64,000 nt of DNA from NCBI GenBank assembly GCA_951406725.2, contig OX597830.1:33542001-33606000 (forward strand). Reading direction: 5' to 3'. Below, one piece after another: positions 51,184 through 64,000 of this stretch. This DNA comes from Octopus vulgaris (lineage: Eukaryota). Positions within the stretch are counted from its first letter, which is position 1, and each line of letters begins with the position of its first letter. The position numbers and the translations under genes are program-made. The notes beneath the pieces are model-generated. The model saw nothing but the letters and a program-made list of their open reading frames with translations. It made no database searches and had not been told where the DNA came from.

Positions 51184-51569
51184 TTGTCTTTTCTTTAGAT
51201 AAATAGAATATGTTTTCCCTGATAATTCTTGATACCCCAAATTATTTCCTGTTCTAATCCTGAGTTGTTTGCAATCACCACTAGGTATTTGTTCACTTTT
51301 CTCTGAAATGGAAGATTATTTTAATAAATAAATAAATAATATAAATATTCGATAAACCTATATCCACCTTTGTTTTCCATACTCGTGGCATTGTGAGTAA
51401 TTTTTCTAACATCATTTTTATTTATACTTCTTTTCACTATTTCTTAATCTGCTTCCATACCATACATACATAATACATCTGTATGTATATATATATGTGT
51501 GTGTATATCTGTATATATACATATGTGTATGTGTGTGTGTATACATACATACATACATACATACATACA

Positions 51570-51645
<76 letters not shown>

Positions 51646-51885
51646 CATATATCTAGCTGCACACACATACACATGTATGTATGCATGCATCTATGGTACA
51701 GAACCAGCTTATTTAATATATAGATGTATATATATTCATGTCTACACACACACACACACAAATACATATGTCTGTGTATATATGTGTGTGTGTATATATA
51801 TTTATATATGTATATATATGTGTGTATATATATATATGTGTGTATATATATTTATATATATATGTATGTACATATATATGTGTGT

Positions 51886-51937
<52 letters not shown>

Positions 51938-52390
51938 TTATATATGTATGTATGTGTGTATGTATGTATGTATGTATGCATGTGTGTATGTGGATATGTG
52001 TGTATGTATGTGTATATTTGCATACAGTAATTTAGATAGGATGAGAGATTGATGTTCCCCTGGGTGGAACTCAAATAGCAATCAAATTTCAGGTAACATT
52101 CACAGAAGATCTGTAAGCTATCATTCACAGGTAGGTAATCTCAGATATTTATAGATTAAATATTCTGCTGAGAGACATAATGATACGTCTGCAACAGATA
52201 AGGATATACTGATCATGTCTGTTTGCAGTACACTTAATTAGCTTGGAATTTTACTCCAGCCCAAATATACACAACTTTCTACGCACATACTCACTTACTG
52301 TGGTACATGCGCATACACACAAACAAAGCCATAACCCACCACAAACATACACATAAAGAAGGAAAGAAATACGTGTGTGTGTGTGTGTGT

Positions 52391-52521
<131 letters not shown>

Positions 52522-52703
52522 ATGTGGCTGTGTGTTTAAGAGGTTTGCTTCTCAACAATATGGTTTTGGGGTTCTGTCCCACAGTGTAGTACCTTGGACA
52601 AGTGCTTTCTACTGAAGGAAACCATCGCCCTTTATGTAGCACCAGCACCAGTGCTTTTGATGTGTTACCAGCACATGGGAAAAATCTGCTCCTATAAATT
52701 TTA

Positions 52704-53260
52704 TTGGGTTGTCCGGAAAGTTCGTGCTGATTTTTAAAGGAAAGTAAAAGGTCAATAAATACTTGCCATTACATTTTTAATCAACCAAATATGAACCATT
52801 TTGTTGCCCAATGTGTCTCCATCTTTCCTTTGACTTGAAAATACCCTCTTCCCAGAAGTGAGGTGGTTTCATGGCAAAGAATTCATCAAGGTATCTTTTT
52901 ACATCATCCAAGGAATTGAAATTTTTACCATTAAAACTATTCTGCAGAGACCTGAATAAGTGGAAATCCGAAGGAGCAATATCTGGTGAATATGGAGGGT
53001 GGGGTAACACATCTCAGTCAAGCAGCAGCAATTTTTGTCTGGTTCCCAAAGTATCAAGTGCCGAAAATGAACTTTCTTATCTTCCATTTTACAGAATTAA
53101 ACAAGTTATAGGAACATAAACCTTCTTCTATGAAGAGATAGCTTAAACTGTGCTCTAAATGGAGGTGTAGTCAAATCTTATTTTATGGATTCAACCATGT
53201 TCTAAAATAAATCAAAATGTAAGCTACTATAAATCGGCATAAACTTTCCGGACAACCCAA
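52704..53260 (-). mobile_element. Internally deleted mariner element (557 bp)
   Basis: ~30 bp TIRs ttgggttgtccggaaagtt..., TA TSD, N-terminus MEDKKVHFRHLIL fused to HPPYSPDIAPSDFHLFRSL... Confidence 0.93.
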
Positions 53261-54373
53261 TATCTATCCCATACAGGTATACAACAGTAAGCATTCAAAA
53301 CGATGATGATTACAGCAGCAATGATGATGACAATGACGGTGATGATGGTTACGATATATACATGTGCACGTATGTATATTTATATATGTATGTCTACATC
53401 TATCTTTGCACACACATGCATATACATATACACACATATACAAATGCATACATAGCTTCAAACAATGAAACATGAATGCTAACATCCAAAGCAAAACCTG
53501 TTTATTCACCAAAGTGGTCAGAAGTCTGCATAATGGGAAGGCACTAGGAAGAGACTTCAATGGTAGTTACTGGTAAAAGATGAAGAATTTATTCAGAAAG
53601 TCACTTATATCTATATTTCAAGCAGCTATGGAAGCCAGAGTTAAATACCGAACTGGCTCACCATAGCAGGTATGAACTTTGCAGCCAAGAACAAAATTGT
53701 TCTCTTGGCAAAGAAATACAGGCTCAGAACCTAACTTAACGTTTTGTACAAATCAAGTGTATGCTTTGATCACCGATGTCTGAACAAAACTGAGGTCCCT
53801 TTAGATGTTTGGTTCACCCCATGGAGGAATTCCCATCACATTTCGTGGTTTGCTACCTCAACATCTCCTTTATAGGATCCTGTGGCTAAAGACATCATCA
53901 GGAGGAACCCCGTCCAGTTTTGGCCCCTACTCCTCTACCGTTTTCAACATGGCGGGGTCCTGCCTTTCAGAGGTGTTTTCAGCTCTGGTGTTGAGTGCAT
54001 TTTTTCTTTCTCCTTTGACCTTTTGTTCTCTGGTTTCTTCACTGCAGCATCAACGAATGTCAGCAGGCAAGCAACCATCCTGCTAAATTTCCCTTTAAGT
54101 ACCCACTGGTAGGCTCCAGCAGCCACCAGCAGCTAACTGTCACATGACACTATCTAAGCTTCAACTGACCAATAGAGGGGAGGGACACATAGTTTTAGTT
54201 TGAAGGTTTACACAAGGCCAAAGTGTGCTTTCTTTCCAAAGTGCATTTGGCAGGTGGATTTCTTCCCAACTCACAAGACCTGAATTTTCTGTTAGCATCA
54301 AGCTAATTAATACCCATTCTTTTTGCAGAAAATTCAGAAACTTCTTCAAAGGACTATAACAGATTTTAGGTTT

Positions 54374-54760
54374 TTAAGTTTTAGTTTTTGGGTATTTAAG
54401 GCGTTTCCAAATCACTACTTGAGATGAATCTGTGCAAAAGTAGCGATTCTCAAACGCTGATTGAAGAATTACCCAGAAATTATGCTTCAATTTAGCTGAA
54501 TGGAGGTTGCCATCTTGAAACATTTTCCGTGTAGCACTTCTTCTCTTTGGCTTTGGTTTGAAATGGAGACTGAGTTCACAGCAGATAAAATGAAGGGCCA
54601 TATGTGATTTCCCATCATACATCACAAAAATGTAATCCGTGAGGTTCCAATATTTGGACCAAGGATGCATCCATGTTGTCTGCAGATTGTCTTTCTGCTG
54701 AAAGATGGTATTGATGATGATAAGTTTGCTGCATTGGGATGCCACTTGCTCTGGTTATGA
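54374..54760 (-). mobile_element. RTE (BovB-like) APE endonuclease C-terminal fragment
   Basis: LIIINTIFQQKDNLQTTWMHPWSKYWNLTDYIFV resembles TNT.F....TTWMHPRSKHWHLIDY. Confidence 0.85.
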
Positions 54761-54923
54761 TGGACATGTAGTTAGAATGCCTTTAGGAACGGATTGCAAG
54801 ACAGATTCTTCAAGCCAAGCCAAATTGCAGGAGACCTAGGGGCAAACCAGAAGGGAAATCACTGCCATCATTACAACCATAATCCAACTACAACTACTAC
54901 TACTACTACTACTACTACTACTG

Positions 54924-54976
<53 letters not shown>

Positions 54977-55347
54977 GCCACTGCCACCACCACCACTGCC
55001 ACCGCCACCACCACCACCACCACCACCACCACTACTACTACCACCACCACTACCACCACCACTGCCAGTGCCGACACTACCACCATTACCACCACCAAAA
55101 CCACCACCACCACCACCACAACTACTGCTTTCACAATCACCATTAATAATAACAAAATACCAGCAACAACTCAACCATCACACCTTTACCACCAGCCATC
55201 ACACCTTTACCACCAGCACGGCAACAACAACAACAACAGCAACATCTACTGCTGCTACTGCTACTACAATTACAAACTTCTACTCCCACTACCACCACCA
55301 ATACCACCACCACACCTACTATTACCACTGATACTGCCACCATCACC

Positions 55348-55381
<34 letters not shown>

Positions 55382-55837
55382 CAACAACATCTACTATTCC
55401 TACTGCTATTACAATTACAAACTTCTACTCCCACTACCACCACCAATACCACCACTACCACCAAAACCACAGCCACTACCACAAGGATCTGTTGACACAA
55501 CATGTTTTATTCAAACCCACTCATAAATCAAGAATGAATTGCAAATCACTATTGAAATTTCTTGACAAGATTAATTATAATTTTAAATATATGTATGTAT
55601 GTATGCATGTATGCATGCATGTATGTATGTATGTATGTATGTATGCATGTATGTATGTATGTATGTATGTATGTATGTATGTATGCATGTATGTATGTGT
55701 GCGCATGTATGTGTTTCTATATATATATATATATTTATATTTTTATGTATATACATATATATTTTATGTATATATATATATATAAATTTAAGTATAAATA
55801 TATATATATATATATATAAGTATAAATAGATATAATT

Positions 55838-56001
55838 GCGCACATGAATGGCTGTGTGGTAAGTAGCTTGCTAGCCAACCACATGGTTCTGGGTTTAGTC
55901 CTACTGCATGGCATCTTGGGGGAGTGTCTTCTGCTATAGCTTTGGGCCGACCAAAGCCTTGTGAGTGGATTTGGTAGATGGAAACTGAAAGAAGCCCATT
56001 G

Positions 56002-56032
<31 letters not shown>

Positions 56033-56213
56033 TTGTGTGACTGTGTTTGTCCCCACCACCATTGCTTGACAACCGATGCTGATGTGTTTATGTCCCCGTA
56101 ACTTAGTGGTTAGTCAAAAGAAACCGATAGAATAAATACTAGGCTTACAAAGAGTAAGTTCTAGGGTCAATTTGTTCAACTAAAAGCAGTGCTCAAGCAT
56201 GGCCACAGTCAAA
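55838..56213 (+). mobile_element. SINE-A, near full length
   Basis: tggctgtgtggtaagtagc...gcatggccacagtcaaat. Confidence 0.9.
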
Positions 56214-56508
56214 TTTCATCCCCTTTTGTGCTACCAGTTTCCACACTACCTGGAAGCAGTCCCATTTATTCTCAAAATCATCTTTCTTCCACTTATTTCC
56301 CATTGATCACCCCAATCCTGTTCCTTCAATTATTTCTCCTTTAACTCTGAGCTATATCTTGAATGCCATGCTCTGTCTTTAGCACTTTGTCATATTTGTT
56401 GATATTATTAACATCCTATCAAGCCTGCATTCAAAGCTCACCCCAGCCCATTTACCACTCACAGCACCCATCCCAACATACCTCTGACTTCTATCTTTGC
56501 CACTGTTT

Positions 56509-56971
56509 CCTATTTCTTTATTGCCCACAAGGGGTTAAACATAGGGGGGACAAAGAAGGACAGACAAACGGATTAAAGTGCATAACTGGTACTTAATTTA
56601 AAGGCGGCGAGCTGGCAGAATCGTTAGCATGCGAGATGAAATGCTTAGCAGTATTTCGTCTGCCGTTACATTCTGAGTTCAAATTCCACCGAGGTTGACT
56701 TTGCCTTTCATCCTTTCGGGGTTGATTAATTAAGTACCAGATACTTACTGGGGTTGATGTAATCGACTTAATACCTATGTCTGTCTTTGTTTGTCCGCTC
56801 TGTGTTTAGCCCCTTGTGGGTAATAAAGAAATAGGTACTTAATTTATCGACCCTGAAAGGATGAAAGGCAAAGTCGACCTCGGCGGAATTTTAACTCAGA
56901 ACGTAGCTGCAGACGAAATACCACAAAGCATTTCGCCCGGCATGCTAACGTTTCTGCCAGCTCACCACCTT
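56509..56971. mobile_element. SINE-B (+, 56601-56833) inserted antisense into another SINE-B (-)
   Basis: 13 bp TSD ggtacttaattta at 56588-56600 and 56834-56846. Confidence 0.92.
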
Positions 56972-57526
56972 TTTTTAGGCACTGTTTCATCATAATCGTC
57001 ATCATCGTCATCATCGTCATCATCATCATCATCGTCATCATCGTCATCATCATCGTCATCTTTTTAGCATTGAAATTTCCCACTTTGAATGGATGCACAA
57101 AAGACATCTTCAGGCATGATCCTGTAGTGCAATTCGGAATTGAAATCCCATTTGCATTCAAGTTAAGGTACGACATTGCTCTGGCCTTAATGCTTTAGAT
57201 TGTTGAGTTACAAGACGTATTGCTTCAGCTGGACATAATCTAGAGATACCAAGCGTTGTCAATGTACCAAAGATACATGTTCTCACTGGAACAGCTATCC
57301 ACTATACCCAACACATGCACTCAGCACTCATTTGAACATAGGTCATTCCTTTTCCCCTTTTATCTAAATATCTATCTATCTATCTATCTATCTACCTTTC
57401 TCTTTCTCTCTCTCTCTCTGTATGTATATATATTTATATATATAAACACATAAATTCATATGCATACATTAAAAACATATATAAAGCACCCATTGCCACA
57501 CACATTTGTATACATATATATATATA

Positions 57527-57565
<39 letters not shown>

Positions 57566-57594
57566 TTATACATACATATATATACATATGTATT

Positions 57595-57667
<73 letters not shown>

Positions 57668-58049
57668 AAATGTATGTATGCATATATATATATACAAAAA
57701 TCCTTTCGTGCATATTTATATATGTGCATATGTACACATAGAAGCATGGTGTGGATGTGCGGATATAAATATCTGGATCAATATCGTAATAACAAACGTA
57801 GATATATATATAATAATATAAAAGTGAAGTAAAGGGGGTGGAAAAGTATGTTTGTTAATAAAATGCTGAATATCAGGAGGTGTAAAACAATTTCATTATG
57901 ATAATGAAAAGTAATAATTCAGTTTTTTTTTTCTTTATTTGCAGATGTGTAGCCTAAAGGTGCATATATTTATTATTAGGGAGCTGTGAGAGATTTAACG
58001 GTTGTTCATGGATAGCGGTGCCTGTTGTAGGGTGGATGTTAGGTAGTAA

Positions 58050-58960
58050 TTTTGTTGGTGGTGCTAGTGGTGGTGGTGTTGATGGTTGTAGTGGTGGTGG
58101 CGGAAGTGATGGTGGTGGTAGTGGTGGTGGTGGTGCTGGTGGTGGTGGTGCTGGTGGTGCTGGTGCTGGTGGTGGTGGTGGTGGTTGTCATCATTATTGT
58201 GAAGGTGGTGGAGGTGATTGTCTTGATGATGATTGTAGTGGTGTTGTTGTTGGTGGTGACGGTGGTGGTAGTGGTGGTGGTAGTGGCGGTGGTGGTGGTG
58301 GTGGTTGTGGTAGTGGTGTTGGTGTTCGTGGTGGTGGAAGTGGTGGTGATGGTGCTAGTGGTAGTGGTGGGAGTGATGGTGGTGGTAGTGGTGTTGGTGG
58401 TGGTGGAAGTGGTGGTGATGGTGGTAGTGGTAGTGGTGGGAGTGATGGTGGTGGTAGTGGTGGTGGTGGTGGTGGTGGTTGTTATTGTCACCATCGTTGT
58501 GACGGTGGTGGAGATGATTGTCTTGATGATGATGGTAGTGGTGGTGGTGGTGGTGGTGGTGGTGGAGGTGGTAGTGGTGGTTTTCATTGTCATCGTCATT
58601 GTGACAGCGGTGGATGTGGAGGTGATGGTCTTGATGATGTGGGTGGTGATGGTGGTTGAAGTTGTCAGCATGGTGGAGATGATGGTGGTGGTGGTAGTTG
58701 TCATCATCATTGTGGTGACAGTGGTAGAAGTGGTGGTGATGGTCTTATTGATGATGATGGTGGTGGTGATGGCTGTAGTAGTTGTCATCATCATGGTGAT
58801 GGTGGTTGAGGTGACCACGCCAATGATGATGATGATGGTAGTGGTGGTGTGGATGTAGAGTTAATGGTGTTGGTGTTGATAGTTGTGTCGCAGGTAGTGG
58901 CAGCATTAGTAACAAAGGTGGTGGTGGTGGTGTGCAGGGGTTGTGGAGGTGGTGTAACAG
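58050..58960. repeat. (GGT)n-based low-complexity tract with a recurring internal motif
   Basis: tgtca(t/c)cat..ttgtga..gg...gat.gtcttgatgat recurs about five times. Confidence 0.85.
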
Positions 58961-59199
58961 AAGAGAAATTTGATTTTATGAGAGGAATGTACTGCATCAG
59001 CCCTGGATGTGCTTGCGATAATGATATATGTATATAGATTTGTGAGTTGTGTTGTATATATGTCTGCGTGTGTGTATATATACATATATATATATATGCA
59101 CACACTCACACACATACACACATGTATATATGTATATGTGTGTGTATATATATAATATACAGACACACATATACATTGCATGTCTGGCCACTTAAAAGT

Positions 59200-59548
59200 A
59201 CCCTTGATGCTTCGAGTGATATGATATGCTTGAGAAGACCTGTTGAGTCAAATAAAACCAAACTCATAGCTGTGGCCAATGCCCTCTGACTGGCTTCTGT
59301 GCCGGTGGCATGTAAAAAGCACTGCCCAAACATGATCGATACCAGGGCTGCCTGATTGGCTCCTGTGCCAGTGGTGTGTAAGAAGCACCCACTACACTCT
59401 TGGAGTGGCTGGCATTAGGATGGGCATCCTGCTGCAGAAACCTTGCCAGATCAGACTGGAGCTTGGTGCAGCCTCTTGGATTTGCAGACCTCAGTCAAAC
59501 TGTCCAACTCATGCCAGCATGGAAAACAGACATTAAACGATGATGATG
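59200..59548 (+). mobile_element. RTE-tail element (same family as the 16 kb array)
   Basis: gcttgagaagacctgttgag, gtgccggtggca, gccagcatggaaaacagacattaaacgatgat. Confidence 0.8.
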
Positions 59549-59554
59549 TGGAAG

Positions 59555-59649
<95 letters not shown>

Positions 59650-59651
<2 letters not shown>

Positions 59652-60046
59652 GCGCAGGAGTGGCTGTGTGGTAAGTAGCTTGCTAACCAACCACATGGTT
59701 GCGGGTTCAGTCCTACTGCGTGACATCTTGGGCAAGTGTCTTCTGCTATAGCCCCGGGCCGACCAATGCCTTGTGAGTGGATTTGGTAGACGGAAACTGA
59801 AAGAAGCCTCTCGTATATATGTATATATATATGTATATATGTGTGTGTGTGTGTGTTTGTGTGTTGTCCCCCTAGCATTGCTTGACAACCGATGCTGGTG
59901 TGTTTACGTCCCCGTCACTTAGCAGTTCAGCAAAAGAGACCGATAGAATAAGTACTGGGCTTACAAAGAATAAGTTGCTCGAATAAAGGCGGTGCTCCAG
60001 CATGGCCGCAGTCAAATGACTGAAACAAGTAAAAGAGTAAAAGAGT
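59650..60046 (+). mobile_element. Young SINE-A, full length
   Basis: aggcgcaggagtggctgtgtgg...gaaacaagtaaaagagtaaaagagt. Confidence 0.93.
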
Positions 60047-60364
60047 ATATATATATGTGTGTAATATATAGATTTTTTCTAAATGATGATTCATTTACAA
60101 ACAAGCCCTCATGCAAGCAACATGGACTAATAACTTCTTAAAAAAATACAAAATTGCAATACTTTCACGAATTTCAATATCATGATTGGCGAAGTACAAA
60201 ACCAGTCGACTATCATAATATCCTATACTTTGAAATATATATTTAAAACATATAAACTGTGTGCATTTTTCTTCTTTTATTATATATTTATTCACTACAA
60301 TGCACCACGTGGGGAAATTTCTTCAACAAAATTTTTTGTTGCTATATATATATACATTTATTAA

Positions 60365-60411
<47 letters not shown>

Positions 60412-60659
60412 AAAATATAAATATTGTTAGCATCCTTTTTGTCTCGAGAGACAATGGAGTTGTGCATAGAATAATCTAGTCTGGTTTTTACATTTCATGT
60501 CCTAATACATCTCCTGCTGTGGCTGTGTAGTCCTCTCCTGGATAAACACTCTCTCTGGCAGGTGCTGCAAATGTAGCGAAGACTTTGCCTGGCTGGTTGT
60601 AATGTCATAGTTTCTTGTTGACGTCTTTCCTTGTTATATATAACTTAGATAGATAAGCA

Positions 60660-60920
60660 TGACTAACTCAATAACACCACCTGGGAAAGTCTTTTAGTTA
60701 ATTATTTCAGGACACCATGGACCACTCAAGCAGAGAGTTGTTGTTGGTTGAGATGCAATCCAGGTGTTGTTGGTTTATCTGGTATTTTCTGGAAGAATTT
60801 ATCCAGGTACCATTTGAAAGTTTGTGGGGTCTTTTTCTACTTTAATTTCCTTTAGGATAACATTGAAAAGTGCAGGACCATTTGCAGTGAAGAAATTGTG
60901 TTGCAATATTCTTATGTGAT
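60660..60920 (-). mobile_element. CR1-like LINE ORF2 C-terminus and 3' UTR, decayed
   Basis: Minus: LQHNFFTANGPALFNVI...FKWYLDKFFQKIPDKPTTPG...NNNSLLEW. Confidence 0.75.
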
Positions 60921-61034
60921 CTATCTATATATTTATCTATCTATCAATCTGTCTATCTATCTATCTATCTATCTTTCTATATGACCGCAGCATGTTATAT
61001 ACATATATATATATATACACATATATATATATAT

Positions 61035-61130
61035 AACAATGATAAATCTCAGAGCGAGTTATAAACAGTAGCAGGGGCTACAAACTACAGTAACATCCAC
61101 CTTTAGTGGTTAGCCATATTCAAATGGCAA
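61035..61130 (+). mobile_element. Internal fragment related to the Helitron at 29903-30300
   Basis: ctacagtaacatcc...gtggttagccatatt matches 29980-30050 in reverse. Confidence 0.6.
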
Positions 61131-61137
61131 ATATACG

Positions 61138-61243
<106 letters not shown>

Positions 61244-61808
61244 TGTATGTATCTATGTATCTATGTAACTATAGACCTATGTATGTATATACATATATAT
61301 ATACATATGGAACAAGAATGCCTGTATATTCAAAGTGTTCGATTTTATATAGTAAAAAGTGATTTTCAGGAGAACCCAAGGGAGTCCATGGAACGATGTA
61401 GTAAATGTTCCCAAGATGGGCACACATATGGAAAATGCCAAAGGATAACACAAGCGATATAGCAATGTCCTGAATAATTCTTTGTGTTATAAGTATTGGG
61501 GCTGAAATTTCCTGGGTAGGAGCTACTCCATTACATCGGTCCCCAGTACTCAGTTAGTACTTATTTCATCAACCCTGAGCAAACAAAAGCCAAAGTCAAT
61601 CCCAGATTGTAATGATGAATAAAATTCCATTAAGTCTTTTTCCTGGCATGCTGATAATTCTAGCCAAACTCTGAATAATACAAATCAGACCCAGATATTA
61701 AGTCTTGAAGAACAAAATAATGATGATTATGATTGTAATGATGATAAATTAATACATATACATATAGTTAGAATTGAACAAAATAGGAACAAAGCATGTA
61801 TATATATG

Positions 61809-61859
<51 letters not shown>

Positions 61860-61940
61860 GTATGTACGTATGTATATATATATATGTATGTATGCATGTA
61901 TGTATATATGTATATATATATGTATGTATGCATGTATGTA

Positions 61941-62030
<90 letters not shown>

Positions 62031-62277
62031 TGTATGTATGTATGCATACATGCAAGCATACAAACACATTCACATACACACATATACACACATACACATA
62101 CACACACACACACAGCTCACACCTGCCCAAAACACACACACACACACACACACACATACACACACACATGCACGCACATGCATACGCACAATCATACTTC
62201 CACATCTGCTTGAGTAAGTAATTTGAAAGCTGGTTGTTTTTAGTTTCAAGAATGAGGATAACGATAATGACGACGAC

Positions 62278-62341
<64 letters not shown>

Positions 62342-62710
62342 GTGATGATGAAAGCAAATAACAACAAAACTAAGCAAAGACAAAATGTAATCCCGCATTC
62401 ATCATAACTTTGGAAAGTTTTAATTATTAATTTTCTGCGGAGAAATAACCTTAAGTAACAACCGAATGGGAAAAAAAAAAAAAAATCTACATTTATGATA
62501 CGTATGCCTAACACTTGCTGTATGTGTGTGTGCATGAGTGTGTGAATGTAAGTGTGTGAGTATGTGTTGACTGTATGTGTGGGTATGTGGCTGAAGATTT
62601 TAAGTGAGTGTTTGTGTTGCCTTGCATGGATCTGTGTATGTATTATAGGCATATCGTGCAAAATATCATTATGTTTGTAGAGTGTATTTGGGTGTGTTTA
62701 TATGTGTATA

Positions 62711-62754
<44 letters not shown>

Positions 62755-62934
62755 CATGTGTGTGTGTGTGTGTGTGTAGTGCTCTAGATTTCTAGATATA
62801 TGGATGAAGTTATGTAATTACAGGTGTATATATGTATGTATGTATATGATGGTATGTGTGTGTATATTTATGCATATATAATATTTGGGTGTGTGTGTGT
62901 GCATATGTGTGTTTATATATGTATGAGTGTATGT

Positions 62935-62996
<62 letters not shown>

Positions 62997-63380
62997 ATTA
63001 ATGCACCTGTGTTCCTATTTGCGCTTTTATATATATATATATATATATCTGTATTTATGTAAGTATGTATGTATGTATACAGAGAGTAGATAGATATACA
63101 AACAGATAGATATACCTATGAACAAAAGAACCGTGCAACTAATTATGCTGTACAACTGGGTATTTAATTAACTTGTTCAGTGCCAACTGAGTAATTAATT
63201 CAGCAATAATATTTTTTAATATGATAATATATTATGAATTATACATGTTCGGTATTGTAAATTTGCTTTGGCATGAACAGTTAAATCTAAGCATTGTTGA
63301 GTAAAGCTAATAAGATAGAAACATAACAAAAGTTGTCTCCCTTATCAGTTAAAATGATTAAAATTAATATATACCATTAC

Positions 63381-63618
63381 ACTTTTGCTCTTTAACTTGT
63401 TTCAGTCATTTGACTGTGGCCATGCTGGAGCACTGCCTTCATAGTTGAGCAAATCGACCCCAGAGCTTATTCTTTGTAAGCCTAGTACTTATTCTATCAG
63501 TCTCTTTTGTTGAAATGCTAAGGTATGGGGAAGTATACACACTGCCATCAGTTGTCAAGCGATGCTGGGGGGGACAGACACACAAACATATACACACACA
63601 CACATATACATACATACA

Positions 63619-63660
<42 letters not shown>

Positions 63661-63702
63661 CGACAGGCTTCTTCCAATTTCCATCTACCATATCCACTCA
63701 CA
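63381..63702 (-). mobile_element. SINE-A, headless
   Basis: acttgtttcagtcatttgactgtggcc...tccactcacaa. Confidence 0.88.
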
Positions 63703-63741
63703 ACTCTTTCATATATATATGTATATATATATGAAAGAGTG

Positions 63742-64000
63742 TGGAGGCACAATGGCCCAGTGGTTAGGGCAGCAGTCTCATGGTCATAGATCGCAGTTTC
63801 AATTCCCAGATTGTGCATTGTGAATGTTTATTGAGCAAAAACACCTAAAAGTTCCACAAGGCTCTGTCAGGTGTTGGTGGCAAACCCTGCTCTACTCTTT
63901 CACCACAATTTTCTCTCACTCTTTCTTCCTATTTCTGTTGTACCTGTATTTCAAAGGGCCGGCTGAATCTCCCAGAGAACTATGTTAAGTGTATACATGT
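63742..64000 (+). mobile_element. SINE-D (tRNA-headed), runs off the window
   Basis: ggaggcacaatggcccagtggttagg A-box and gtttcaattcc B-box. Confidence 0.85.

Larger units (their letters stand above)
50740..51420 (+). repeat. Diverged tandem dimer (380 bp period) with a hammerhead motif in each unit
   Basis: Shared blocks tattgaggt.gaaa, gcaat..ccactagg.attt and gaagat.attt.aat at both positions. Confidence 0.75.

Noticed and set aside
52161-52206. CTGCTGA-GAGAC...GTCT-GCAAC hammerhead-like pattern
   Set aside because: Two core mismatches and no valid cleavage triplet; too degenerate to call.
57922-57990. Strong polypyrimidine splice acceptor upstream of the Gly-rich ORF
   Set aside because: All three frames stop within 45 nt and no matching donor was seen.

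Overview
Gene-poor, AT-rich eukaryotic DNA saturated with microsatellites ((TA)n, (CA)n, (TATG)n, (CTAT)n, (TAA)n, (CAT)n, (GGT)n) and interspersed repeats. The repeat families look like those of a coleoid cephalopod, probably Octopus (inference, not verified). I found no intact host protein-coding exon, and nearly all ORFs in the track are microsatellite artefacts. Supported content: more than 20 copies of a ~400 bp tRNA-headed SINE (SINE-A); about 15 copies of a second tRNA-headed SINE (SINE-B, often nested or in trains); a third SINE (SINE-D); 3' fragments of R4/Dong, RTE, CR1-like and a (GATA)n-associated LINE; decayed mariner and maT transposases; piggyBac-, pogo- and hAT-type MITEs; a complete non-autonomous Helitron; a Helentron-type element; and a 1.8 kb higher-order tandem array built from an RTE 3' UTR. 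The most notable signal is about 14 type I hammerhead-ribozyme-like motifs (CUGANGA...GAAA...UH, usually with a tiny palindromic stem III) from several unrelated families. They lie in short non-coding segments often bordered by (TA)n. Two sit in the arms of a 365 bp inverted repeat and two in a 380 bp-period tandem dimer, architectures typical of Penelope-like elements and retrozymes. All motifs were read by eye; repeat boundaries are approximate.
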